Assembly (NCBI GenBank): GCA_977020255.1
Contig: CDROCS010004529.1
Coordinates: 124,001 to 188,000 of the forward strand
Direction: 5' to 3'
Length of the DNA: 64,000 nt
Origin: Obrimoposthia wandeli
Lineage: Eukaryota
Shown here: in pieces, positions 1 to 9,837 of the stretch
How positions within the stretch are numbered: the stretch's first letter is position 1
Layout of the letters: every line of letters starts with the position of its first letter
The notes under the pieces: generated by a model
Database searches by the model: none
Told to the model about the DNA's origin: nothing
The model's input: the letters and a program-made list of their open reading frames with translations, nothing else
Program-made: the position numbers and the translations under genes

Positions 1-901
1 AAACATCGCCAGTGGTACGCCCAGGCGCTGCAATGTTAAGTCCTGCCTCTGTTGATTGATAAACAGCATCGTAAGCGGCAACACTTTGCGCTGTGGTGTT
101 TGAAAATGCGTAATTGCGATCATAATCACTGAAATAGCCATCAAAACAAGCGCCGGTATCAATAATGAGAATATCGCCTTCGCTCAGCACTCTATCAGTT
201 GGGCCCATAATGATATTATCGTAGCCACCTTGCCCTGATGCAGAAATAAGATAAGGACAGCTATCTGCACCTAAACGCAGCATTTCAATATGCATTAATT
301 TGCACGCTTCGCGCTCTGTCATACCTATGCGTAAATGATCTTTTAAATACTCAAATCCAGCCGCCGTCACTTCACAACTAAAGCGCGTTTTAGCAATTTC
401 GGCTGCAGATTTAACACTGCGTATCAACCGCATATCTAAAGAGATATCAACCGTTTCACAACCTTTAAGCATTGTGCACAACTGTTGATAATTATTAGCA
501 GGCATACGCAAATGTGTTTCAGGCCCAAGCATTGCGCCAATGCGTTTATGCTTAACACTACATTCATTCAAGGTTTGCGCTAACTGAGAAATACCGTCAT
601 CTTCGGGTCTAGGTGATGGCCAGCTGCGCACATCTTCAATCCAAGTTTCATCAAAGCCTGCTACCCCAATTTCTGGCACTACTGCAATAGGTACACCGCT
701 ACTTGGAACAACTAAAAACCAAGGCCTTGTGGGACTTTCCCAAAATTGTGATTTAAAACCGCTGAAATAACGAAACTCAGGTTCCGTACAAAAAAACACG
801 GCATCTATGTTTTTTTCCAGCATCGCGCGCTGTAACTTCTCAGTGCGCTGTGCAAACTCTTCATGATCAAAGCCACGGCTCGGTGCAACAAGGTTGGACA
901 T
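1..901 (-). CDS. M24 (Xaa-Pro aminopeptidase/creatinase-like) family hydrolase, 3' end off the window
   Basis: Hand translation from ATG at 901 (AGGA upstream): MSNLVAPSRGFDHEEF...FRYFSGF..FWESPTRPWF...IDTGACFDGYFSDYDRN, open to position 1; the D-x-G...GYxSD motif is typical of M24. Absent from the ORF track because it is truncated. Confidence 0.85.
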   Translation of the reverse strand, partial: MSNLVAPSRGFDHEEFAQRTEKLQRAMLEKNIDAVFFCTEPEFRYFSGFKSQFWESPTRPWFLVVPSSGVPIAVVPEIGVAGFDETWIEDVRSWPSPRPEDDGISQLAQTLNECSVKHKRIGAMLGPETHLRMPANNYQQLCTMLKGCETVDISLDMRLIRSVKSAAEIAKTRFSCEVTAAGFEYLKDHLRIGMTEREACKLMHIEMLRLGADSCPYLISASGQGGYDNIIMGPTDRVLSEGDILIIDTGACFDGYFSDYDRNYAFSNTTAQSVAAYDAVYQSTEAGLNIAAPGRTTGDV

Positions 902-926
902 AACAAATCCTCTGATATTAGGCGGG

Positions 927-2105
927 TTATTCGCTTAAAATATTTTGTGTTAGCTGCACCCAGTACTGAGCACCTGATGTTAAAATTTCGTCGTTAAAAT
1001 CATATTTTGGATTATGCAAAGCACAGCCACCTACTGAATCAACACCATTACCCAGCAAACCATAACAACCTGGTTTTACTCTTAACATACTGGAAAAATC
1101 TTCAGAGATAGTAAAAGGCTCGCAACTTGCATTTACATTTTCAACGCCCAACACCTGCTGTGCAGCTTTTACAACATGTACTGTTTCATCAACTGAATTC
1201 ACCAGTGGATAAAATGCATGGCCAAAGGTGAATTTATGTTCAGCACCCGCAGCTTGGCAAACACCAGCCACTATCTGTGACATACGTAATTCAAGCTTCG
1301 CTAACGCCTGCTCACTAAAGCAGCGACAATCTCCTTTAATCACAACTTGCGACGGAATTACATTTATCGTGCCATCCGTAATAAACTCAGTAGCAGAAAT
1401 GACCGACGTTTCACTGATCGCGCTCATATTCCTCGAAGTAATAGTTTGCAACGCCAGTATAATTTGTGAGCCAACCACGATAGGGTCAACTCCCATGTGA
1501 GGCATCGCAGCGTGACCACCAATACCGTTTACTTCAATTTCAAAACTACTTTCGCTCGCCATTAATGAGCCAGGTCTTACCGCAAAAGTACCGGCTGCTA
1601 GTCCCGGAAGATTATGTAGCCCGTAAACACTGTCCATCGGAAAACGCTCGAACAAGCCGTCATCTATCATCGCCTGTGCACCTTCACCGTGCTCTTCATC
1701 TGGCTGAAAAATAAAATGCACAGTGCCATTGAAGTTTTTACTCTGTGCTAGGTAAGCGGCAGCACCTAACAACATACTGCTGTGGCCATCATGGCCGCAT
1801 GCGTGCATTTTTCCACTATTTTTAGAGCTATGCGAAAACTCATTTTGCTCTTGTATATGCAAAGCATCCATATCGGCGCGCAAACCGATACTTGCGCTGC
1901 CTGTGCCATTTTTCAAAATGCCAACTAAACCTGTTTGGCCAATATTGCGTACCACTTCAACGCCAAAGCTGGTTAGCTTATCTGCAATAAAATCAGCGGT
2001 ATGATCAACGTTAAAACCACATTCTGGATACTGATGTAAATGCTGACGCCATTCTTGCATTTGCAGGCTTAATTGCTGAGATATTTCAATACTTTGGTTT
2101 TCCAA
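927..2105 (-). CDS. M20D amidohydrolase (hippurate hydrolase-like)
   Basis: LRADMDAL, MHACGHDGH, FQPDEE, GGHAAMPH, SEDF and LHNP motifs. Confidence 0.9.
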   Translation of the reverse strand: MENQSIEISQQLSLQMQEWRQHLHQYPECGFNVDHTADFIADKLTSFGVEVVRNIGQTGLVGILKNGTGSASIGLRADMDALHIQEQNEFSHSSKNSGKMHACGHDGHSSMLLGAAAYLAQSKNFNGTVHFIFQPDEEHGEGAQAMIDDGLFERFPMDSVYGLHNLPGLAAGTFAVRPGSLMASESSFEIEVNGIGGHAAMPHMGVDPIVVGSQIILALQTITSRNMSAISETSVISATEFITDGTINVIPSQVVIKGDCRCFSEQALAKLELRMSQIVAGVCQAAGAEHKFTFGHAFYPLVNSVDETVHVVKAAQQVLGVENVNASCEPFTISEDFSSMLRVKPGCYGLLGNGVDSVGGCALHNPKYDFNDEILTSGAQYWVQLTQNILSE

Positions 2106-2242
2106 CTTGTTCCCCTTAATTCTCTATTGCACGATAAGCTGGCTAATAAAGCAGCTCAAAGACTTATTTTCTATTTTATCTACCCTTACAAAACTTTATG
2201 AGTAAACCCTTATCCAAAATGCGGTTTTTGCACTTAGCTTTA

Positions 2243-3007
2243 CTAACTTCTATACTGATTCAATAACTGACCAAAACCGCTGATAGGCTGCTGATAATTC
2301 ACCAGCGCCAAGCTGTGCCAAGCCAATACTTGGTTACTACTAAAAACGGGGATCGATAATTCTTGTTCTAATTGCTCGATAACACCGCTAGCGCGCAAGG
2401 CTGTACAAGATAAAAATAGCCCATCCACATCACTCGCACATATTGTCTTCGCGGCTTGTGCAATATCTTTTGCACTAATAAAGCTCATGGCGGTGTCATC
2501 TTTAAAGCCAAAACCAGCAATATTCACCACTTCAATACCTGATTTAGCAAACGTGGCTGCCACTTCTGCATTAACACTGCTGTCATAGGGTGTTAACACC
2601 GATATACGTTTAATATTACGCGCTTTAAATGCTGCTAATGCGGCGCTAAAAGGATTAGTGACAGGTACATCAGGGCAGCTTTGATGAATTAGCCTTGCGA
2701 CTTGCTCAACCCCAATCGCCACAGCGCCAGATGTACAACCAAAAATCACTGCATCTAATTTGGTACCCGGCAATATGGTATCGGCTGTTTGCGCGATAGT
2801 CTCGCGCATGCGCCTTAAATTATCGATACTCAGCGGGTTATAGTTACGTATCCTGCTAGTAAATATTTCAACACCTTCTGGAAGCATTCTACGTAAATCT
2901 TGCTCAATATTGATGTCAGTGCTCAATGCAATAACACCAATACGCCCAAGAGGTGCCACTTGCTGTAAAGCAAATTGATGCTCTAGTGTCTCAATTTTCA
3001 TAGTCAT
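2243..3007 (-). CDS. Asp/Glu racemase / maleate cis-trans isomerase family (EutA-like)
   Basis: FGCTSG, LTPY and LSCTAL motifs with two catalytic Cys. Confidence 0.85.
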   Translation of the reverse strand: MTMKIETLEHQFALQQVAPLGRIGVIALSTDINIEQDLRRMLPEGVEIFTSRIRNYNPLSIDNLRRMRETIAQTADTILPGTKLDAVIFGCTSGAVAIGVEQVARLIHQSCPDVPVTNPFSAALAAFKARNIKRISVLTPYDSSVNAEVAATFAKSGIEVVNIAGFGFKDDTAMSFISAKDIAQAAKTICASDVDGLFLSCTALRASGVIEQLEQELSIPVFSSNQVLAWHSLALVNYQQPISGFGQLLNQYRS

Positions 3008-3046
3008 TCACTGCCTTTAACATTTGAGTCGATGTGTAGTAACGCT

Positions 3047-3197
3047 CATTTTTGTCCAGTTTATTTTTATTATTCTCTAACTCATTGATTTCATGGCAAC
3101 GACAAGCATCATTTCACTGATAAATATTGATTTAACCATTACATAAAACCAGAAACCAATCAGCTAAGGAGCTTGCATTTTTAACCAAACAGCCATG
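3047..3197. mobile_element. MITE family 1, degenerate copy (151 bp)
   Basis: Ends CATTTTTGTCCAGTT ... TTAACCAAACAGCCATG, colinear with the 3448 and 24958 copies; flanks match only 5/9. Confidence 0.7.
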
Positions 3198-3447
3198 AAT
3201 ACAGCGGCTTTTTAACTGCAACTTAACTAGTTTCAATAGCATATTTTACCAATACCCTAATTTTTATAAATGGCATGATAAGCTTTTAACAAGCAGTAAT
3301 TACGCGTAATCACTTAAATTAGTGAAGGTATTCCGCATTTAGCACCCGCTTTTAACATAAATCTAGTAGCTATAGGTGCGCTATAAATGCGACTGTCATT
3401 CTTGCCACACTTAAGGCCTCATTTATCTTCACCCCAATCAACAGGAA

Positions 3448-3598
3448 CATATATGTCCGGTTTATTTTTTGTTGTTCTTTAACTCATTGATTTTACGTTA
3501 ACCACAAGTGTTATTTTACTGAATAAATCCAATTAACTATGCTAGAAAACCACAATTCAATGGGTTATAGAGCTTACACTTTTAACCGGACAGCAATG
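3448..3598. mobile_element. MITE family 1 (151 bp)
   Basis: CATATATGTCCGGTT ... AACCGGACAGCAATG; reverse complement of the 24958 copy; 9-bp flanks CAACAGGAA/TAACCGGAA (7/9). Confidence 0.85.
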
Positions 3599-3764
3599 TA
3601 ACCGGAATAACTAATGCCACACTCATAAGAGATACGATCCACTTCAACTTTCTTCAAATTCACTCATTACATCTAAAGTAAAAATAGCTCTCTTTTTACT
3701 GCTATTTGACTATAATACTGCAGTCAAAATACGCTAGTATTGCATATTTTTTTGAGGAAGCTCG

Positions 3765-4325
3765 ATGTCGGAACTCAGCAAAATGCGTGCAGGTGTTGCC
3801 TATAATTGCCTTGATGCAAAGCTGCAGAATATGCGCGATTTAACCTTTGCTAACTACCAGCGCTTTAATACCGAGCCATCTCGAGAAAAGCGCCAGCAAA
3901 TACTCACTGAAATGGGCGTGACATTAGCTGATAACTGCATGATAAATCCGCCATTAGAAATCACTTATGGCTGTCATTTAAGTTTAGGCGAGAAAAGCTT
4001 TATCAACAGTGGCGCCATGATATTAGATAACGGTAAAGTCACTATCGGCAAGCAAGTAATGCTGGGGCCACGTGTACAAATTTATACCGCCGCGCACTCT
4101 TTAGATATTGAACTAAGAGCCGCGGGTGAAGAAACAGCTAAGCCAGTGGTTATTGCTGACAAGGTATGGATAGGCGGCGGCGCAATTATACTGCCGGGCG
4201 TCACTATCGGTGAAGGTGCTGTTGTAGGAGCTGGCTCAGTTGTCACTAAAGATGTTAAGCCAGCAGATAGAGTCGCTGGCAATCCTGCAAAATCTATCCT
4301 TAACATAACAATAAAAGGTTTTTAA
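3765..4325 (+). CDS. Sugar O-acetyltransferase (maltose O-acetyltransferase family)
   Basis: Hexapeptide repeats, VWIGGGAIILPGVTIG, GAGSVVTKDV. Confidence 0.9.
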   Translation: MSELSKMRAGVAYNCLDAKLQNMRDLTFANYQRFNTEPSREKRQQILTEMGVTLADNCMINPPLEITYGCHLSLGEKSFINSGAMILDNGKVTIGKQVMLGPRVQIYTAAHSLDIELRAAGEETAKPVVIADKVWIGGGAIILPGVTIGEGAVVGAGSVVTKDVKPADRVAGNPAKSILNITIKGF

Positions 4326-5050
4326 TGACAAATCGTCAATCGAACATAATTTTTTATAGCATCATATTTTCTATTATTAGCGCCATGCTAATAAACTTTT
4401 ACCAGCCAGAATTTTTCACCAACTTCACCAAGAGCAAAGAAGAGTTCTTAGTAAAAGAAGCGATGAAAAATGGCGAGTATAATAAAGCACTAGCCAATTA
4501 TAAAACCCTGCTAGAAAGAGACCTCAAAGCCAACAGTGACAGCGGTGATGGCGACACTATCGAAACAGCTATTATGTATGAAGATATTGCCAACATTTAC
4601 TTTTTATTAGGCAACACCACAAAAGAGACTGATTATTACTTAAAAGCTTTAAATACCCAAAAACAGCTCAAAAGGGTTAGCGTGCATAGTATTGCAAACA
4701 CTTACCATAAATTAGGATCGTTGGCCCAAGAAAAGAAACAATACCAGCAAGCACAAGCGTATTTTGAAAGCTCATTACAAGCAAGATTACAAGATACGCA
4801 AGAAGTTAGCGAAGAAGACGAAAGCATGTTTATAGGCATGCAGCAAACAAGGCTCAGACACTTAAGATTAAATCATGCAGGCACCATCGCCACCTTTAAA
4901 AGCTTAGGATCCATACATAGCATTCAAAAAGAATACGCCATCGCAAAAGATTATTATGAAAGAGCCTTAGCCAGTAGCAAAATAACTTTTGGGGAAGAAG
5001 ATGCTAAGACATTACAAATCATGAACTTAATAAAACAGCTAGCGTTGTAA
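4325..5050 (+). CDS. Membrane-anchored tetratricopeptide-repeat protein
   Basis: N-terminal hydrophobic helix; TPR-like repeats (A..YHKLG.L...KQYQQA..YFE.SL); TAATG overlap with the upstream gene. Confidence 0.75.
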   Translation: MTNRQSNIIFYSIIFSIISAMLINFYQPEFFTNFTKSKEEFLVKEAMKNGEYNKALANYKTLLERDLKANSDSGDGDTIETAIMYEDIANIYFLLGNTTKETDYYLKALNTQKQLKRVSVHSIANTYHKLGSLAQEKKQYQQAQAYFESSLQARLQDTQEVSEEDESMFIGMQQTRLRHLRLNHAGTIATFKSLGSIHSIQKEYAIAKDYYERALASSKITFGEEDAKTLQIMNLIKQLAL

Positions 5051-5108
5051 AAAGAGTTCACTTTCCTAGTGGTTTAAACTAAATAGCACATAGCTAAGCG
5101 GAGCATAA

Positions 5109-5804
5109 CTAATTGTTCACACATAGCCCAGTAATTTCTGCATTAGTTAAACTGCGCCATTGGCCTTCAGCTATATCCAATTCTAAGTTACCAATTTGCT
5201 GGCGATGTAACGACTTAACTCTATTTCCAATGGCCGCAAACATACGCTTTACCTGATGAAAACGACCTTCGGTTAACGTTAATAAAACGTTATGCGGATC
5301 AACAATATCTAGCTTTGCCGGCAACGTTATTTTTGATTCGCCTTGCAGATAAATCCCTTCTAAAAAGCGCTGTGTAGCATCCGCTGAAATAGCGCGTGAT
5401 AACACTACTTTGTATACCTTTTCACATTTTTTCTGAGGAGAAGTAAGGTTAAAAGACCAATGTCCGTCATCGGTAATTAATACCATACCTGTAGTATCAG
5501 CATCCAAACGCCCCGCAATGTGCAGTTCGCTCACTCTATCGATATCAAGCAAATTAAATACTGATGGATATTGATCATCAACGTTAGAACAAACCATATC
5601 GACAGGTTTGTGTAGCAGTAGGTACCGAAAATTTCTGAGTGTTAATATTTGACCATTAAGCGCCACAACATTGTTTTTATGTACCTGATGGGTGGCAAGC
5701 GTCGTAATAACACCATTAACCGCAATACTACTGTTTTCAATTAACGCAGTTGCATCGGCCAAAGCATATTCGGTACTTTTACATATATATTTATCTAAAC
5801 GCAT
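5109..5804 (-). CDS. rsuA: 16S rRNA pseudouridine synthase, RsuA family
   Basis: MRLDKY S4 start (ATG at 5804 preferred over TTG at 5822), GRLDADTTG, EGRFHQVKRMF. Confidence 0.85.
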   Translation of the reverse strand: MRLDKYICKSTEYALADATALIENSSIAVNGVITTLATHQVHKNNVVALNGQILTLRNFRYLLLHKPVDMVCSNVDDQYPSVFNLLDIDRVSELHIAGRLDADTTGMVLITDDGHWSFNLTSPQKKCEKVYKVVLSRAISADATQRFLEGIYLQGESKITLPAKLDIVDPHNVLLTLTEGRFHQVKRMFAAIGNRVKSLHRQQIGNLELDIAEGQWRSLTNAEITGLCVNN

Positions 5805-5984
5805 ATCATCAGTTAATAGCAAGGAAAGTAGCGTGATTTTACGCTAATTACTTTATGTTCTACTAACTTTTTAAGCACTTCAACACAGCAAAGTTTGTGT
5901 GCTGACATGCCATTAGGGAACATGCTCAAAGCCGTTATAAAAACAGCTTCTAGCGCTTAGTTCTTAACCCTTAATTCTTAACCC

Positions 5985-8054
5985 TTATACAGCAACCACT
6001 TCTACTTTTCGCTGTTTATACTGCAAGATAACCATCGGCGTTATCAGCACTAAACCAATAGCCATTGTGACAAGCCCTGGCGCGATAAACAAGAAAGAGA
6101 CTAAGGCAAAATACCAGCGTTCTAGTTTACTCATCGGCGCAAATAAGAAGCCTGCAAATGCAGTGCCTAAGCTGGCGATACCTAACATGGCGCCAATTAA
6201 AGTGATGAAAAAAGCACTCCAAGTAAAACCTTCTGTTACCAGCAATAAGGCAGGCGAATAAACAAACACGAAAGGCACTAGCGCCTTTGCGATGCCTAAA
6301 CGAAAAGCGGTATTACCTGTTTGAAATGGGTTGGCTCCTGCAATACCTGCAGCAGCATATGCCGCCAATGCAACCGGTGGTGTAATATCAGCTAATACTC
6401 CGTAGTAAAAAACAAAGAAGTGCGAGACTAAAGGCTCAACTTGTAGTTGGGCTAAAGCAGGTGCTGCTACTGCCACTAATATGATGTAGGTAGCTGTCGT
6501 TGGAATCCCCGCTCCCATTATGATGCAGGCTAATGCTATCAACACTAGTGATATAAAGAGTGTCCATTGCTCAATGCTGAAGTAGTTTAATGGCCAAATG
6601 CCATCTAACATGCCACCGAAATCAGACGCTGTTTGTACAACCACATAACCCAGTCTAAATCCAACACCAGTTAAAGTAACTACTCCTACGACAACACCTA
6701 CTGTTGCGGCGGCCGCCCCGACCGCCAAGGTGTTTTTAGCACCTATAGACAGTGAGTGCCATAAATCGGCAACGGATAGGCGATTCACCGGGTTTAAAAA
6801 ACCCACTACAACACAGGCAATGATGCCATAAACGGCTGCGAAATCAGGGGTTTTACCCGATAGTATAAAGTACACCAATATAATTAACGGTATAACAGAT
6901 AACCAGTGCTGTTTAAGCACCAATGATGCTTTAGGCATTTCCTCGGCAGTCAAGCCACGCAGCCCTAGCTTCTTGGCCTCTAAATGCACCATTATGAATA
7001 TACCAAAATAGTGAAGTAATGCCGGAAATAACGCCGCTGCTAAAATATCTTTCAACGGGATTTCAAGATACTCCACCATGATGAAAGCTGCTGCACCTAG
7101 AATAGGTGGAGTAATCTGCCCCCCTGTTGAAGATGTTGCCTCAACCGCGCCTGCAAAATGCGCAGGGTAGCCTACTTTTTTCATCGCAGGAATCGTCAAC
7201 GCACCGGTCGTTACTGTATTGGCGATGGAAGACCCTGAAATAGTCCCCATAAAAGCCGATGAAAATATAGCAACTTTAGCGGGCCCGCCTGCGTATCTAC
7301 CGGCAATAACCATCGCTAAATCAATGAATAATTGACCTAAACCAATACGGGTAGCTAATACACCAAATAAGATAAACAAGAAGACATACTGCGCCATTAC
7401 ACCAATCGCCACACCATAGATGCCTTGGTTGGTCATATACAGATGGTTAATAAGCCCTAACCAACTAGTGCCACCGTGCTTTAAAGCGCCCGGTGCGTAG
7501 GGGCCAAATAATGCAAATGCTATAAACACTAGCGCTATGATAGGCAGTGTAGGCCCTACTGAGCGCCTAGCGGCTTCTAATGTTAGCAACAGTAAGATAC
7601 TTCCCATTAATACATCAAACTGGGAAGGGTTTCCTACGCGCTCTGCGACTAATTCAGGAGGTAATAAAGGCAAATACAAAGCAGCTGCAACCGCCATTAC
7701 ACTGAACAGTAAATCTGGAAGTGTAACGCCACTTATGCGGTACCAACTGTTTTTCGCAACACTAAGGCTAGTCGCACGCTTATAAGAAAACAGCAAAAAC
7801 ACCAGACCTAAAACAAAAGAGAGATGTAAACCACGGTGTAATAACTCGCGTACTAAACCAAACCCTGAGGCATAGAAATGATAAGCCGACATCGCCACCA
7901 GTACACTGCTGATGATGATTGTGAATAATTTACCTGTCGGTCTAAAAGATAATTCAGGATCATACTTTCGTTCAATCTCTGCTAATTCCTCAGCTGATAA
8001 CTCTTTACCTAATACCTTATCACCTGATAAGGATGTTTTTGATTCTTGAGACAT
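5985..8054 (-). CDS. TRAP transporter fused permease (4TM/12TM, TAXI-associated)
   Basis: GGPAKVAI.SS..GTISGS..AN, GGQITPPILGAAAF, ITPPVALAAY; ATG at 8054 likely start (track ORF starts at 8099). Confidence 0.92.
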   Translation of the reverse strand: MSQESKTSLSGDKVLGKELSAEELAEIERKYDPELSFRPTGKLFTIIISSVLVAMSAYHFYASGFGLVRELLHRGLHLSFVLGLVFLLFSYKRATSLSVAKNSWYRISGVTLPDLLFSVMAVAAALYLPLLPPELVAERVGNPSQFDVLMGSILLLLTLEAARRSVGPTLPIIALVFIAFALFGPYAPGALKHGGTSWLGLINHLYMTNQGIYGVAIGVMAQYVFLFILFGVLATRIGLGQLFIDLAMVIAGRYAGGPAKVAIFSSAFMGTISGSSIANTVTTGALTIPAMKKVGYPAHFAGAVEATSSTGGQITPPILGAAAFIMVEYLEIPLKDILAAALFPALLHYFGIFIMVHLEAKKLGLRGLTAEEMPKASLVLKQHWLSVIPLIILVYFILSGKTPDFAAVYGIIACVVVGFLNPVNRLSVADLWHSLSIGAKNTLAVGAAAATVGVVVGVVTLTGVGFRLGYVVVQTASDFGGMLDGIWPLNYFSIEQWTLFISLVLIALACIIMGAGIPTTATYIILVAVAAPALAQLQVEPLVSHFFVFYYGVLADITPPVALAAYAAAGIAGANPFQTGNTAFRLGIAKALVPFVFVYSPALLLVTEGFTWSAFFITLIGAMLGIASLGTAFAGFLFAPMSKLERWYFALVSFLFIAPGLVTMAIGLVLITPMVILQYKQRKVEVVAV

Positions 8055-8408
8055 ATAAACTCCAAGCTTACTGAAACAAGCCTTACTTAAATTAACCACC
8101 TGCTAGCTCGCCTTTTACCGTGTCGCTTATAACTTGTAGCGGTTTCCCAACTAGTATAGCTTTAGACATAAAACGATATATTGAGAAACCAACTGATAAA
8201 AATCCAAGCAACTTGAGTTACTTTAAAAGCGAAGAAAGATACCAACAACTCCTTAATTTCAAAGGTTTGTAGGTATTTAACCTAGCTAGTTCAAATCAAA
8301 AAAAATGCGTTTGAAACAAAAAAGATACGTCAACCAAACCAAGCATTACGAGGCAGTTGCGTATCTTTTTTAACAAGCTAATTTTTTAAATAAATTTATT
8401 AATAAAAA

Positions 8409-9422
8409 CTACTTCAATAAACCCATTTCTTTATAGAAACGTGCTGCACCTGCATGTAAAGGTACACCTACTCCTTTAAGTGCTGTTTCAACAGTAATCG
8501 TTTTTCCTTTTGCGTGCCCTACATCTAACAACTTGCGTGTTTTTTCATTCCAAAGCGCTTTAGTAATATTATAAATCAGCGTTTCATCTTGCTCGGCACT
8601 TGTGTACCACTGTGCACCGACGGCAACCGTTGACGTATTAGCTACCCCCTCATAAGTCCCTTCCGGAATAGCACTTTGAGCAAAGAAACCGTACTTATCT
8701 GTCAACGCTTTTGCACCTGCACCATCAATAGGTACTAGCTTAATTTTTTCAGCAGATGCCAACTCAACCAAACTACCCGTTGGGTAACCAGCAACAGTGA
8801 AGAAAGCATCAATTTTACCGTTACGAAGTGCTTCAGATGCAGCGTTTCCTTTGAGAGCTTCAGCTTCGATATCGTCTTTATTTAGGCCGTTAGCACCTAA
8901 AATCAAATTAGCATCAACATAAGTTCCCGATCCCGGCTCATCAAGCGATACTCGCTTACCTTTTAAATCGGCGACAGAGTTAATACCGCTACCGGCAAGA
9001 GCAACCAAGTGAATGTGTTCTTCAAATAAAGCGGCAATAGTACGTAAGTTTTTAGCAGGTTTTTTACCTTCCATCGTACCGGTGCCTGTGTAGGCCCAAT
9101 AAGCCACATCTGATTGAGCAAAACCAGAGTTTCTAAGTCCTGAGAGCACTGCATTGATATTATCAACAGAACCGCGTGATGAAACAGCTGATGCGATTAA
9201 GCCATCAACACCACAACTACCTCCCTCAGTACAAGACCTAGATCCTGGTGGCTTAGAAATGGCATTAGCAATAACGCCGCCTACCGGATAATAAGTATAG
9301 GCTGTTCCACCGGTACCAATTGTGAAAAATTGCAAATCGGCCGCTTGTGCAGTTGCATTAAACCCTGCCAGTAATGTTGCACTAATGACTGCTGATTTTA
9401 GTATTGTTTTAAAAGAACTCAT
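8409..9422 (-). CDS. TAXI-family TRAP solute-binding protein
   Basis: Signal peptide, IGTGGTAYTYYPVG, GSVDNI, PGSGT, PLHAGA. Confidence 0.92.
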   Translation of the reverse strand: MSSFKTILKSAVISATLLAGFNATAQAADLQFFTIGTGGTAYTYYPVGGVIANAISKPPGSRSCTEGGSCGVDGLIASAVSSRGSVDNINAVLSGLRNSGFAQSDVAYWAYTGTGTMEGKKPAKNLRTIAALFEEHIHLVALAGSGINSVADLKGKRVSLDEPGSGTYVDANLILGANGLNKDDIEAEALKGNAASEALRNGKIDAFFTVAGYPTGSLVELASAEKIKLVPIDGAGAKALTDKYGFFAQSAIPEGTYEGVANTSTVAVGAQWYTSAEQDETLIYNITKALWNEKTRKLLDVGHAKGKTITVETALKGVGVPLHAGAARFYKEMGLLK

Positions 9423-9837
9423 GTACCACTCCTAATTTTATTTTATTTTTTATATTATGCTAATGATTAAGCAAGTTTAAGTCTTTCAGGTTTAATTTAT
9501 AATAAGTTAGTTACTCTTCTATGAGTAACCATTTCATTAAAAGTAAAATATTTTATTCTTAAAATACAGTATTAAATTGATTCTAATCTAACATAGCTTT
9601 ATCCGAATAAATAGAGCGCCCCAAAAGGCATAAATCACTAAAATTATTCAATGAACTACATAGCACAACAAATTTTAGTGTATAACAATACTTACCGTTT
9701 TATTATATTTTCTCTAGGCAGTCAGTATACAGAGCTACTTCAAGTTATCAATATCTCGTTACTTTTATATAAATAGTGAGTTAAATTCACACTATTTTTT
9801 TCACTAAAACAAATAACCTAGAAGCACATTTTTCAGC

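Noticed and set aside
9463-9473. ATGATTAAGCA identical to the gcvP-stop junction
   Set aside because: An 11-bp AT-rich match with no transposon-end repeats nearby; consistent with chance.
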